Shown in pieces: positions 15,222 through 32,938 of a stretch of 64,000 bases of DNA. This DNA is from the human T2T-CHM13v2.0 reference genome, Homo sapiens, in NCBI RefSeq assembly GCF_009914755.1, contig NC_060934.1, one strand, 5' to 3'. The position numbers and the translations under genes were made by a program. Positions within the stretch are counted from its first letter, which is position 1; every line of letters starts with the position of its first letter. The notes beneath the pieces are model-generated. The model saw nothing but the letters and a program-made list of their open reading frames with translations, did no database searches and had not been told where the DNA came from.

Positions 15222-15624
15222 ATAAACATTTGAATCATTGTTTCATTAGTACTCATGAACTCTGATAATTTAAAGATAAAATTAATTAAAAATTTTAAAA
15301 AGTGAGCAATGTAATTTAAGAACAATTCAAGAATATGGTATAATTTCTAAATCACAATACTTTCTTTTCCTGATGGTTTTGTTTTATGCCAACTGGTCTT
15401 AATAGTCAAATAATTCTCTGATGAAAATCATTATTCTAAATCATCAATTTAGTTATAATAATGATGGAAACTGGAATATCTAAAGGGAGAAACAGATGCC
15501 ATCATCCTTCTAGAAATCTACAGAACAAATTGCTATAAGGGATGTAGAGGAAACACATATAATGTATATATCCAAAATACAATTTGCAGTGAAATGAACA
15601 AAGGCACACTACACATAAGCTAAC

Positions 15625-15915
15625 CTGTAAAAATAGATTGACTTCTTTTAATTTTTCTGCTATTTCCTGTCTTGCTCTTTCTTCAATCTCCTGTTTATAC
15701 TGTTTGACTTGACCAAGTTCTACCATATTCCTTTCTATATGACTTCTCAGGTTGATCACTTCTTGTTCCAACTTCTTTTTATTCTTCTGTAGTTTTTCAC
15801 ATTTCTTTTGTACTGTTTTCATAGATAACAACTCCTCTTGAAGAATTTGGTTCTTTGTATCCAGATGTAGACATTTTGAACCTGCAGTCTCCAGTTCTGC
15901 TGTAAGATCATCAAT
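15625..15915 (-). CDS. ANKRD26: ANKRD26 coding exon (~30), 291 nt, [19 protein letters not shown]...[10 protein letters not shown]
   Basis: cattcag|ATT ... CAG|gttagc; overlaps ORF 15502..15831; phase 0 to 0. Confidence 0.94.
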
Positions 15916-16251
15916 CTGAATGAAGACAATAATATAGTGTAATAATGAAGGAAGTAGCCTGAGAATAGCCTAACATAAAACCAAGAACAAATTTTGAAAT
16001 AAATTCAGTTGCAATAAAATGTCACCTGAACCATAAAAGATTCTTCAAATGTGGACCCTTAAATTACCCAGAAAATCAAGAACAAAGTCAAAGCCACCAG
16101 GAGTCACAAAAATATATTCCTTATTTTTATCATCTCTGCCACACAACATTTGCACTTGATCTTCGACTTGTATTTTTCTATGATTGTTTCATGTCTTTCC
16201 TCCTTAAATGGCTCTAAGGGGTAGCAGAAAGTCTTACTACTTCCCCCATAA

Positions 16252-16555
<304 letters not shown>

Positions 16556-16769
16556 CCAACATGCCCTATAATTTCTAAAGAAGTTTTCGGACATCCTATT
16601 GAGTTATTTAGGCCTCATCAAAAAAAAAGGCTCCCAGAATAAGACTTTTAAAATAAGACTCTAATTAATGAATCTTGTAATATAGATTCTAATGCCATAA
16701 GCCTTTTTCTGAGCTGCAAATGTTTTATGCTAATTTGACTTGCATTCCAAGGGGTAATAATTATTGGTG

Positions 16770-17540
<771 letters not shown>

Positions 17541-17651
17541 TAGGTGCTCAGGGTTCCTGCCCCAACCAAAGTTCCAGCCAATGGCCACCATCAGCAACCA
17601 GACACATTAGTGCACAAACCAGAAGATTCTAGTCCCCCTCTATCTAGAAGC

Positions 17652-17754
17652 TTTAATTCTTCTAGATAGAGTTGCTTATATTTTTCCAGTTCAGTTTTAT
17701 TAAAGTCTTCTTGAGAAGTTTTTATTTTGGAGAGTTCAGATTCCAGACCTTTAA
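17652..17754 (-). repeat. Intronic partial duplicate of the exon ~31 segment 12648-12750
   Basis: 103-bp ungapped match at offset 5004 with 2 substitutions (17693, 17748). Confidence 0.95.
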
Positions 17755-17929
17755 ATCTGGAGAAAAAACTTTCTCCTCAATAGCTCTTACGTCTTTCTCC
17801 TGGCTATCTGCTTAACATTGTTTGCCATGAATAAATTAATCTCAACATTTATCAGATTCTACTTTAAATGAGACTAATTTTTCCTGTGTAAGTTATGTTT
17901 CTTATTGTCTCTTTTTGTAAAATACATTT

Positions 17930-18260
17930 TTTCTGCTTATTGCTTCCTAACAAAGTACCCAAAATTTATGGCTTAAAACAACATTTATTCTGTTCAGGAA
18001 TCTGTGGTTTGGGAAAATCTCGGCCAGGACAGCTTGTCTCTGTTCCCCTCAGGTTCCCTGGACACAGCTCAAAGCCTGAGGGACTGGAACTCCTAGGCTG
18101 CCTTTGTGTCCTGAGCTTCCTCACAAGATCGGGGCTGGGTTCCAACGGCAAGGAGTCTGAGATAGGAAGCCTCTTCTAATCTAATGCCGAAGTCACATGT
18201 TGTCACCTTTACCACATTCTATTCATTAGAAATGAGTCACTGAGTTTGGCCCATGTTCTA
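17930..18260. mobile_element. MLT1-like (MaLR) LTR fragment
   Basis: TAACAAAGTACCCAAAATTTATGGCTTAAAACAACATTTATT motif. Confidence 0.6.
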
Positions 18261-18289
18261 TTTTATCATGGGATGAATTATTTTCTCCT

Positions 18290-19830
<1,541 letters not shown>

Positions 19831-19831
19831 T

Positions 19832-20550
19832 ATTTTTTTGACTTTTTAATAATAGCCATTCTGGCTAGTATGAGATGGTATCTTGTTGTGGTTTTGATTT
19901 GCATTTCTCTAATGATCAATGATGTTGAGCTTTTTATCATGTTTGTTGGGTTGCATGTATGTCTTCTTTTGAGAAATGTCTATTCATCTCCTTTGCCCAC
20001 TTTTTAATGGGGTTGTTTTTTCCTTGTAAATTTGTGTAAGTTCCTTATAGATGCCGGATATAAGACCTTTGTTAGATGCATAGTTTGCAAAAATTTTCTC
20101 CCATTCTGTAGGTTGTCTGTTTACTCTGTTGATACTTCCTTTGCTCTGTAGAAGCTCTTTAGTTTAATTAGATTCTATCAATTTTTGCTTTTGTTGCAAT
20201 TGCTTTTGGTGTCTTGGCCATGAAATCTTTGTCTGTTCCTATGTCCAGAGCTAGAAGCCATTATCCTTAGTAAACTAACACAGGAAGAGAAAACCAAATA
20301 CTGCAAGTTCTCACTACTAAGTGGGAGCTAAATGATGAGAACACAGGGACACACGGAGGGGAACAACAGACAATGGGGCCTCCTAGAGGATGGAGGGTGA
20401 GAGAAGGGAGAGGAATCAAGAAAAATAACTAATGAGCACTAGGCTTAATACTTGGGTGACAAAATAATCTGTTTAACAAACACCCGTGACACAAGTTTAA
20501 CTACATAACAAACCTGCCCATGTACCTCTGAACTTAAAAGTTTAAAAAAA
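19832..20550. mobile_element. L1PA-like element with 5' inversion (minus 19832-20248; plus 20249-20550 with A tail)
   Basis: Reverse ORF2 segment abuts a forward L1PA 3' end (GAAAACCAAATAC...ACAAACCTGCCCATGTACCTCTGAACTTAAAA). Confidence 0.7.
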
Positions 20551-20679
20551 GTTTTTTTATTAGTATCAAGTCCCTAAAGTTAAAAAAAAAAATCTTTATT
20601 TCACTGTTCAAAGCATTGAGAAGTCTATATTTCCCAAAATTAAGTGACTTTTTTGGTCCCAAAACTTATTAAAAATTAC

Positions 20680-20809
20680 CTTATGTTTTAGCTTATTAAT
20701 CTGAATATCCATTTCAAATTGACTAGTTTTTAAATCTCCATGGAAACTAAATTCTCCATTTTCATATTCATTTAACTTCTTTCTTGTCATTTTTAAGAGG
20801 TTCTTAAAT
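20680..20809 (-). CDS. ANKRD26: ANKRD26 coding exon (~29), 130 nt, FKNLLKMTRKKLNEYENGEFSFHGDLKTSQFEMDIQINKLKHK
   Basis: cctgcag|A TTT ... AAG|gtaatt; phase 2 to 0. Confidence 0.94.
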
Positions 20810-21113
20810 CTGCAGGAAGGTACAAAATGAGTAACTCAAGTTTTAAAAAGGCAAACATTTAATAATTATTTAAACAGATATTATGTTTTAGCATGTAAGA
20901 AAAACAAATGAATCATGATTCTCTCGTTTATTTCAATCTGACATAGTTTGAAAACACTCTAATGAAATTATAATCTTAGGTAAATAATGTGAAGAAAAAT
21001 TATATGACATATATGGCAGATAAAGAGTTAACATTAAAATCACATGAAGTTTTTATAAATAAATTATTCCTATCCATTTTAGTATGTTAATATAAAACAT
21101 TAACTTATTATCA

Positions 21114-21600
<487 letters not shown>

Positions 21601-22099
21601 TCAAGATCATTCAAAGTAGATAAGAGACAGGAAAGAAACATTTTTGACGTCTGAGTTAAGGGGAAAAGGAAACAGGCAGAGTTTTAGAAGAAAGGAAATG
21701 AGCAGAGAAAGCATGTATAAAGACACAAAGGCTGCTTTCAGAAGAGATCCAGAAATCTTTACTAGCACAACGTTAACAAAGTAAAAGGGATGCCAAACCA
21801 CGTTAGAGAAAGACAATGAGAGAAAAATAGTAATTAGAATCAGAACAAACGTAAGTACTCAGCAAATAAACAGAAAAGCAGCCATGTTAGGGGCTTCCAA
21901 GGCAATGGGTAACATTCCATTTTTAAATCTGGATAGTAGAAACATGATTGCTCATTTCACTCTTAAATCATACATACTTTTGTATATGTATGAGGCATAT
22001 ATGTTTTAAAACAAACAGAAGTTTAATAACATGTATACCTCAGGTATACATGGGGGATATCCATGGGAAATGAGTAAATTTTCATGATATATTTTATTA

Positions 22100-22101
<2 letters not shown>

Positions 22102-22148
<47 letters not shown>
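22102..22148 (+). repeat. (AC)23 microsatellite
   Basis: Perfect dinucleotide run. Confidence 0.97.
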
Positions 22149-22150
<2 letters not shown>

Positions 22151-22586
22151 GAGGCAGAAAGAAAGCATAAGCTAAATCAAGATAATTTTTGATGCTTCCA
22201 AAGGATGACACAGATAGGTTTTTAGATATTAAAAGATTTGAATATCTTCTTTGAAGGGAAGGACACTACCAAAGAGAGAAAGATTACCAAAGAAAGTGAA
22301 AATATCTTCAGAAATAAAAGTTCAAAGTAAAAGATGAAGAGTGCAGTTGACATTATATGCCAAAGGCATTGTTACTGCTTTCAAAATCATTAAAGAATAA
22401 GTGTAATATTTAGGCATTCCAAAAGTTTCAGATTGTGCTGCAACTTTCTAAAACCATTTTAAAAGAGAATAATTTCATTAAGAAAAAGTAGATATTAAAT
22501 GAATTTATATCTAGTTTTGAACAAAGTAAAATTATATTAAATCAATTAATGAATGGTTAAAATGATCTGAAATATTAAAATCTTAC

Positions 22587-22699
22587 CCAGTTATCTCTCT
22601 TTCTAATTCAACATTTTTCTTCATTTCTTGATCCAAATTACATTCCAGTGACTGTTTTAATTCCATAAGTTTCTTTAATTGTTCCTTTTCATCTTCAGA
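22587..22699 (-). CDS. ANKRD26: ANKRD26 coding exon (~28), 113 nt, SEDEKEQLKKLMELKQSLECNLDQEMKKNVELEREITG
   Basis: tttcaaag|TCT ... TGG|gtaaga; phase 0 to 2. Confidence 0.92.
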
Positions 22700-23302
22700 C
22701 TTTGAAACAAAATATTTTCAATTACTTTTAAAACTCTGGAAACACTTTTTTTCTTAAAACTATTATTTCTTATGAGTTCATGAGTAACATATGTTTAGGC
22801 ATATAAAATGCAGTTTATAAACCTAATGGCAATAAGAACGGATTTGAAAAAATGACTTTTCTTAAAACAGCTCATATCTCTTTTCTGGAATTTAAATTAC
22901 CAAAATTTGTTAAAAATAGAAGTTTTTACATATAAAATACTAAGTGTTAATGAAAATTCCTTTTTAAAAAGTTATTTTAGATGTACGTTCTCATTTCTGA
23001 AGTTGCTCTAGAAACACTGTCATCAGTAGTTCAAGATATTCCAGTTTTTGTTAAATCAAATCTTACTAAGACAATTTTTAGAAAACTTTCATCTGGTTCC
23101 CGTTACATTTTTTATACTCACCTGACTTCAAGATGAGCTATCTCTCATTCTCTATAAACATTCTTCTATGGGTTTCAATTTTTCCTGTTCTATTAACCAT
23201 TTCTCTTTAAATAAAGTTTTTCTTCTCCACAATAAACAAAAACATAACTTTTGCCTGATTCTTGTGGCTTTTTTAATCAACCTGTTTTTCCATTGGACTC
23301 TC

Positions 23303-23596
<294 letters not shown>

Positions 23597-24934
23597 AGCC
23601 ACTGTGCTCATCAGGCTCTAATATTTTTTAATACACGGTCTCATCTAGAGATCTACTTCTTCATCACTTGTCTTCTTTTATACTAAAATCTAATTTTCAG
23701 TCTTATAATTCTCATTTTAAAATTCTGAAAGTCATCAAGGCCCTATTTTTTAGTCTTTAATCTGCTTTACTTCTCAGCAGCAACTACTATCAGTGACCAT
23801 ACCCTCCCCTAGGCGTCTCTGACCTCACTTCATTTCTAAATGCAGCAACCCTTCATGCTGAGTCCTGTCCCCTTCCATTCCTCTTTTTTAAATTCTCTAA
23901 GAGCTCCTTAAATCTCAAGGCTTCATCCCAGATTCCCTAATCTAGATTTCCAGCCCAGACCTCTTTCCTGAGGTCTCTTCCTTCTGTTTCACTTCTCATA
24001 AACCATATTCTCAACCACACACTCATAAACCATTACTTGGTGCAGATTCCTTTTGTAGGTAGCTAATCTTGTACATTTTATGTTGATTCTTATTGGTGTT
24101 ATTTTGAGTGTAGTGTTATTTTCTCATCTTGTGTGGGCACACTCACCCTTAGGATGTTGACCAGCATACTTTGTCTTTGTTTTTCTTTCATAATGCAAAA
24201 CTTTTCCACAAGGGTCAGATTATTGATTGTTTGCCTTTGCTTTCTTTTGACTAATTCCCTTTTCCATAAAGACATGAGATGAGAACCTTCTGGAAAAGTT
24301 AGGGGCTATTGATGAGTTGGTTGAAAGCGGTCTCTATTAAATTTTTGATTCACAGTGTACATTTCAAAGTGACTAATAATTATATGCCATATTCCTAACT
24401 CATTTCTATGGGAATCTACAGAAAATCCCCCATTATTTTTGAATAAGCTTAGCAGGTTTTGAGTACTTTTACTAAATTTTCCATTTCTGAGATGTTGATA
24501 TATTCCTGGATGACATCCATATAAGGGGATGTCCCCCACACTCTCATTCACAGGAGACTTCATATCAATATATTGTCATGTCACTTGTGTGAAAAGGATG
24601 CCAATAAAGTAGGACTAACACATGAAATCTAGAAAAAAAACTTGTCAATGTTTCTTCTGATAGGTGTATCTGTATAGGAGAGTAGCATAAATCTTCCTGT
24701 TGTGACTTAAAGAAACTCATTAGTAGAAGCATCAACCTCATTGCTCCACTTTAGTATTTACAATGCAACCTTCTGATCTTCATTTCTACACAGGAAAGTG
24801 TGAATGACCAGAGAATCCTGTTCTGCTTGTTAAACATCAAGCAGAACATCAATAAATAATCACTAAATTGGTACATCAATAAATTGGTATTGTGGATTAC
24901 ACGGCCATCCTTTCTGAGACTGGACTGTTAAGGT

Positions 24935-25218
24935 TTTGGTTTTTTTTAGTTTTTTTTTTTGAGATGGAGTCTCACTCTGTCACCCAATAGCACAATCTCA
25001 TCTCACTGTAACCTCCACCTTCTGGGTTCAAGCAATTCTCCTACTTCAGCCTCCTGAGTAGTAGGATTACAGGGGCCTGCCATCACGCCTGGCTAATTTT
25101 TGTATTTACAGTAGAGACAGGGTTTTGCCATGTTGGCCAGGCTGGTCTCAAACTCCTAACCTCAGGTGATCCACCCGCCTCGGCCTCCCAAAGTGCTGGG
25201 CATGAGCCACTGCGCCTG
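24935..25218 (-). mobile_element. Alu with internal deletions
   Basis: Reverse Alu; actgttaaggttttg duplicated on the flanks. Confidence 0.88.
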
Positions 25219-25886
25219 ACAGGAACTGTTAAGGTTTTGAAAGACTGATGAACACAGATAAATGGGAAAAAAAGTTTCTGAATCTGCAATGCTAGGAGCA
25301 CTGTGTTATTCTGTAATGTCCTGCTGGAGCAGCCATTTCTACTTTTTCACAGGTTTTTCTTTTTTAAAATCCAAAGAGAAAAACACATTACTTTGGGGGA
25401 AAAGAATGCTTGTATAATGACATAGTATCCATTCTTGATGAGGAATAAAAACTACCATGTTAAAAGCAATTCATTCTGAAATTCTCACTGAAGGGTTTAG
25501 ATTATAAAAGAAATTCAGAATTGTAGATCAAGTCACTACTCAAATTTCTTAGAATTTCAAAAGATATTACAAATATTAGCAGAGACTCAGACAATTGTAC
25601 ACCATATCCATAGCAGCATTATTCACAATAAGCAAAAGGCAGAAATAATCCGAACGTCCATCAATGGATGAGTGAACAAACAAAATGTATATAAAAAACA
25701 CTGTTTTTAGTCTATCATAATCTTTTTTATTAAAATCTTACTACCAAACTCATTAATGTTATGAATTCAGTCAACTTCTATAAAGTCAAGAGGACTTGCA
25801 CTACTAGTAGCAAGTAGTATTACCATGAATACAATAAATATTTTTATCAATAAGGATTTTCATATTATCTAAAATATTCTTACATA

Positions 25887-26295
25887 CAGATAGTCCCCAA
25901 CTTACAATAGCCCAACTTACAATTTTTCAACTTTAAGAGTGTGTGAAACCACTACAATTTGGATTTACTTACCATGGGTCAACTTATTAATACAACTTTT
26001 TGACTTTATAATGGCGTGAAACCATCACAATTTCAACATACTTCAGATTTTGAATTTTATCTTTTCCCAGGCTAGCAATATGTGGTATATGAGATATCCA
26101 ATACTTATTATAAGATAGACTTTGTGTTAGATGATTTTGTCCAACTGTAGGCTAATGTAAGTGTTCAGAGCAGGTTTAAGATAGGCTAGGCTAAGCTATG
26201 ATGTTCAGTAGGTGTATTAAATTTCACCTTATAATATTTTCAACTTACAATGTGTTTATGAGGATGTAATCCCATCATAAGTGGAGGAACATCTG
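25887..26295 (-). mobile_element. MER47-family Tigger derivative
   Basis: Imperfect terminal inverted repeats CAGATAGTCCCCAACTTA / TAAGTGGAGGAACATCTG; internal GATTTTGTCCAACTGTAGGCTAATGTAAGTGTT. Confidence 0.75.
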
Positions 26296-26936
26296 AAAAT
26301 TTGAAATCCAAAATGTTCCAAAATCTGAAACTCTTGAGTGTGGACAGGATGTCACAAGTGGAAAATTCCACACTTGACCTCATGTGACATGTCACAGTGA
26401 AAACACAGTCAAAACTCTGTTTCATGCATAAAATTATTTTTAAAATATTCATAAAAGTGGCCGGGCACTGTGGCTCATACCTGTAATCCCAGCACTTTGG
26501 GAGGCCGAGGCGGGCGGATCATGAGGTCAGGAGATCGAGACCATCCTGGCTAACACGGTGAAACCCTGTCTCTACTAAAAATACAAAAAAATTAACCGGG
26601 TGTGGTGGCGGGCTCCTGTAGTCCCAGCTACTCGGGAGGCTGAGGCAGGAGAATGGCGTGAACCCGGGAGGCAGAGCTGAGATCGCACCACTGCACTCCA
26701 GCCTGGGCGACAGAGTGAGACTCCATCTCAAAAAAAAAAAAAAAAAAAATTACATAAAAGTAACTTCAGGCTACATATATAAGGTATATATGAAAAATCA
26801 ATGAATTTCATGTTAGGCTTGGGTCCTGTCTCCAAGATATCTCATTATGTATGTACAAATATTCCAAAATAAAAAAAAATCCAAAATCTGAAACACTTCT
26901 GGTCTCAAGCATTTTAAATAAGGGATACTCAACTTG
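26296..26936 (+). mobile_element. Tigger4/MER46-like element interrupted by AluY (26459-26748; TSD cataaaagt)
   Basis: CACAAGTGGAAAATTCCACAC...; ends ATAAGGGATACTCAAC. Confidence 0.78.
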
Positions 26937-26994
26937 TCCTACTAAAGCAATAAAATTCCTTTTCAGTACGACAGAAATTAAGTGGCTGACTTAC

Positions 26995-27088
26995 CAAATT
27001 TGCATTTAACAGGTTTTTCTGAAGCTCCTCAATTTTGTCCATTTGCTTTTTGACTGTAACTTTTAACTTGGCATTATCTTTTTCAAGC
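26995..27088 (-). CDS. ANKRD26: ANKRD26 coding exon (~27), 94 nt, LEKDNAKLKVTVKKQMDKIEELQKNLLNANL
   Basis: atttcag|G CTT ... TTG|gtaagt; phase 2 to 0. Confidence 0.93.
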
Positions 27089-27428
27089 CTGAAATGTATA
27101 TTTTAAAATAATTATTCTCACAGATAAATTTTTAAAATACTGTGTAATTTCTTAGCAAACACCTGAAGGCATAATTACATAAATTCTTAAAGATTTCAAA
27201 AGTAGGTGATTTGGCAACTCTATCGTTTTTCTAGTTGTGGTTTGTGGATAATGCACAAAATTCTAGGATAATATAAAAAAATCCGCATTTCAAAATTGCT
27301 TAATGCTGAAATTTTTCCTTGACTTCACACAGATGTACTTATGATCATAGCTGATATAATTCTCATACTACACTGCTTATTTGCTCTATAAATAATCATG
27401 TTTTTCTGTGTGCTGCTTTAAATTTTAC

Positions 27429-27499
27429 TTTTGCTTGTGATCTTGCATCTTCTCAGCACATCTGACAGCTTCTGTATGTCGATCCTGTGCTTCTTGCAA
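27429..27499 (-). CDS. ANKRD26: ANKRD26 coding exon (~26), 71 nt, LQEAQDRHTEAVRCAEKMQDHKQK
   Basis: gttttag|TTG ... AAA|gtaaaa; phase 0 to 2. Confidence 0.92.
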
Positions 27500-27544
27500 C
27501 TAAAACAAAGAATAAAAAAAACCCACTTTACTAATAATCTAGTA

Positions 27545-27742
27545 CACATCTGTCCATTACCTGTTTTTGTAACTAAACCTTATCGGAACACAGTCATACC
27601 CCTTCAATATGCATATTGTTTATGGCTACTTTTGTGCTGTGACTGTAGAGCTGATCTGTTGCAGCAGGTGGTATCTACGGCTCCCAAAGCCTAAAATAAT
27701 ACTATCTGGCCCTTTACAGAAAAGTTTATCAACCTGCGTTCT
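27545..27742 (+). mobile_element. MER58A (hAT-Charlie)
   Basis: CCCAAAGCCTAAAATA..ACTATCTGGCCCTTTACAGAAAAGTTT motif. Confidence 0.75.
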
Positions 27743-28024
27743 AGAACTAAAACATATTACTCTTGTTTTCAAACTATATTTTATCAGATAAATACTCAAA
27801 TTTACAAACTTGGTAAAATGTAGAAAGATAGGAAATTACCTTACGATAAGCATTTATATTTTTGCATTCCAAGCACCACCACATGAACTATAAGTTTAAA
27901 TATTTATAGATGTGAATGACCATGGCAATGCCAGTGATTATAAAAATTAACATGATGACATGTTAGGTGACAACTAGATATTCATGAAACTGAGAGGCCG
28001 TATCCACACAGAAGCGGGAATGGC

Positions 28025-28230
28025 CGGGTGGGAATCCCAGCTCCACCAGTTACCAGCTGTGTGACCTTGAGCAAATTAACATTCAGTGTCTCAATTTCTT
28101 CAGTGGTAAAATAGAAACAGAGACAGTAATACTATTACTTCACTGGGATGGTAAGAAGATTCAGTCAAGGAATATATACATAAAGTACTTAGATGAGTAC
28201 ATGGCATATAGTGAGCTATATATAATATTT
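28025..28230 (+). mobile_element. MIR
   Basis: AATCCCAGCTCCACC..TACCAGCTGTGTGACCTTGAGCAA core. Confidence 0.7.
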
Positions 28231-29374
28231 GCTGTTTGTGTGATTCTTTTTACTGTATTTTATGTTCTAATAAAATTGTATATTTTAGGCAGATGGCATG
28301 CCAATGGAAGTGGTCTACTATAGCTGCACTGAATCATTCTTCACACCACTGAAAGTGAAAGCAAATGGGGAGCATGAGGCCCAGAATACACCCCTAGTAC
28401 TTCACAGAACTTTTGCCAATTCCACTAAGCCGACAGTACTTTAAACAATTATAGATTACTTTCTCTCTGCTCTACTCAGTGGGCAATGACCACAATGCAA
28501 ACAGCACCTCCTGGAATAAGTAATACATAACTTACATGGCCATCAGAGCACTGGACTGAAAACACTGGACTCTGCTGCGAAACAAGGTTCCCAAATCAAG
28601 TCATTTGCAACAACTGTCTATGCTGAGCTGCTGTAGCGAGCACTCTGGTGGGCTTAAGGCTAAGGTTATGTCGTACGGCGTAGGAGAAAAGCTGGAGCTC
28701 TTTGGGTGGGAAAGCGGTATGAATCTACGGATCCCAGCTCTGGCTACGTAATAAAGAAATGGAAATGTAGATTTCTTTTCAGGGTGAAAAACATGAGCAT
28801 TTGATTGAATAACTTTCCTTTACTAGATTAAGTGGTTTCTACTTATATTTAATTACTTAAAATATATTTAGAATAACCACCTATGTTAGCTGTGGCCTTG
28901 TAAAAAAATAAAATAATAAAAATAGAATAAAAGCTTTATTATATCAATGTCTCAAAGAAGAAATTCTTAGTATAATATAAAGTAATTTTAACCTAACAAT
29001 TGCTAAGCTAAAATATTTTCAATTTATACAAGGATAGGTGACAGGCATATCAGATATTATTCACCTCGTAGGCAAATTTATAATTAGACAAGTTTCTCTC
29101 TTATGAAAAAAAATAAAAGTGAAGTTAAATTAAGGGCAAATTGTTCTACACAGACTAGACAAAGAGTGCTAAAATGTGAGGTCAATGAGATCCAGAACAG
29201 TCAGAGAAAGCTTCCGAAAGGAGGGGGAATTGTGTGCCAGGTCTGAATGAATGAGGCTAGATGAACAGAAACTGCAAAGGCAGGAAGAACAGCAGGAGTC
29301 AAGCAGAGAGATGGTGAAAGCAGCCTGATTAACTCTGAAGATAAAATCCAGTGGCAGGAGAATAAAAACATATG

Positions 29375-29865
29375 TCTTATAAATGAATGTTCATCGCAGC
29401 ATTATTTACAGTAGCCAAAAAGTAGAAACAATCTAGAGGCCCATCCGCTGATGAATGGATAACTGGTATAGCCATACAATAGAATATTATTAGACAATAA
29501 AAAGAAATGAAGTACTGATATGTGCTACAACACAGATGGACCCCAAAAACATGCTAAGTAAAAGAAGCCACTCATAAAAGACTGCATATTGTATGACTCT
29601 ATTTATATGAAATGTTCAGAACAGGCAAATTTAAGGAGACAAAAAGTAGATGGTGGTTGCCTAGGATTGGAGAAGGTGGAGGGACATGGACAGGGATGGT
29701 GGTGATGGCTAAGGGATGTGGGGTTTCTTTTCAGGGTGATAACAATGTTCTAAAATTGACTGTGGTGATGGTTACACAACTCTGTAAATAATCTAAGAGA
29801 CACTGAATTGTACACCTTAAATGAGTGAACTGTATGGTATATAAATTATATCTCAATAATGTTCT
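29375..29865 (+). mobile_element. L1MB-like 3' end
   Basis: AATGTTCATCGCAGCATTATTTACAGTAGCCAAAAAG ... GTATATAAATTATATCTCAATAA. Confidence 0.8.
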
Positions 29866-30361
29866 TTAAAAATCCAGTGGAGGGATCTAGATAATTTTCT
29901 TAATTCTCTAGTTTAGATGTACATGCTATACATAATCTAAATATTTCTATGTTTTTATAATATATTTTAAATGAAAGGAAAATGAAGGAAATGCCTATTT
30001 CAAATAGTTTATAAATTAACCTAAAACATTTGCATTTTGGAGAAAAGTTAATGGCCTTTCTGTACAAATTAATTTGAAATCCATAAAATAAATCAACACA
30101 GACTCTGTATCCATTCACAAAAGTGAAAATAAGAAATAAGACAATTTTCTGGAACATTCCATTAAACATTATCCTCTAACTTAATCTGGCTTGCCATGAC
30201 AATAGAAAAATCACTATAAAATACTGTTTAACAGGAAAAAACTCTCTCAACTTCCATGAGGAATGATGTATAATTCTCAACTTTCCTAAGACTAAATATT
30301 ATTTTTAAAAATGTGCAATTATAAGAAAAAAATGGCAGAATGAAAGAGTTTAATAAACAAG

Positions 30362-31255
<894 letters not shown>

Positions 31256-31337
31256 TTAATTATAATGAAAACACAAAAGAAGGCTACCCACTAAATTAGT
31301 ATGATAAAACACTATATATTTAACCAGTTATAGATTA

Positions 31338-31568
<231 letters not shown>

Positions 31569-32938
31569 TTATGTTAAAAAATAAATTATGTTAATAATAT
31601 TTAACTATGACATATACAACTTAAAAAATATTACCACATACATTGATTCACCTTCTTGTCCTCATATGTACACATTGCTGTTTATTACTGAATTCAGTTA
31701 AGGACACAGGTGTTATCTTCCTGCCAATTAGGTATGACGTTACTTAAACAACAGATTCAGCCCATTATTCATTCATCCCCCCATGAATTTACACTGCTTA
31801 ACAATCTACTGAAGTCTCGAAATAGTTATGTGAGTGGAACTGGTAGTGATTAATTGTACCCTATGAAACATTTTTGCTCTTTTTTATTAGAACATCAAAT
31901 CAACTTCAGAGCTCCTCAGATACTTAATTGCTTGCTCAAATTATTCCAATAGATTCCTATCTCAGAATACAGGTAAATTCCAATGGCCTTAGAGGCCCTA
32001 GGTAACCTGGCCTCCACTTGCCTCCCTGACCTCGGCTGCTATGACTCTCCCCTACTCACTCCATTCTTGCTGCCTGTGCATCCTGCCACCCCTCATTAGT
32101 GTGAAAATGGTGGTCCAATGCCAAACTAATAAATCACAAATCGCTACACTTACTTATCTTTATACTGAACAAAGTTATACCCAAATGATAGTCATTGGGC
32201 ACTGAAATGAAAATTATGAGCAAATTATTTGCTCATAATATATTCAAAGTAAATTATAAATACCACTGGGGAGATTAAGTCAAATATGGTTGCTAAAATT
32301 CACATTTGTCCCAAATTATGGTTTAATAAAAAGTACATGCTTTAAAGAATTGAGAGATCATAACAATATGTAATTTGAGATTGAAATATTTTTAGACAAG
32401 TCAAATTGACAAGAATAAAAATAAAATCACATCAACTGAAATATATAAAAAGCTACTGACAGAAAAGTATTAAGAGATATAGCAATATACTTCAGTTTAT
32501 CTGGAAATCTGGAATTAACTGTCAAAATAACACACTTAATTGAACCTTAACTTCAAAATCCTCATTTCAGGTATAAGCATTTCCATTTATCTGTTTCATG
32601 GTGGCAGACAAATGGAAATGTTCTTAAGATGTGGCAACATAAAGACACTAAAATTATTACTTCAGCAGTAAAAGACTACATTATTCACATTAGTTTACTA
32701 TTCATACTAGTCTATAACAATTCATAACTTAAAACTCAAAATTTCATAGATGATACAATATCTTTACTCAAAGTAAAGCATCTCTCAGCTCTTTTATTTG
32801 CTGAAAACAAGGGATGTTTCTAAACTGATAGAGTAAATAAGCTTATCTATTTATTTTTATAGTTAACTACATAACTATATATTATTTTAAATTTTCTTTC
32901 AGGAGGTTTGAAAAATATTTATCTTTCTTGATACTTAC

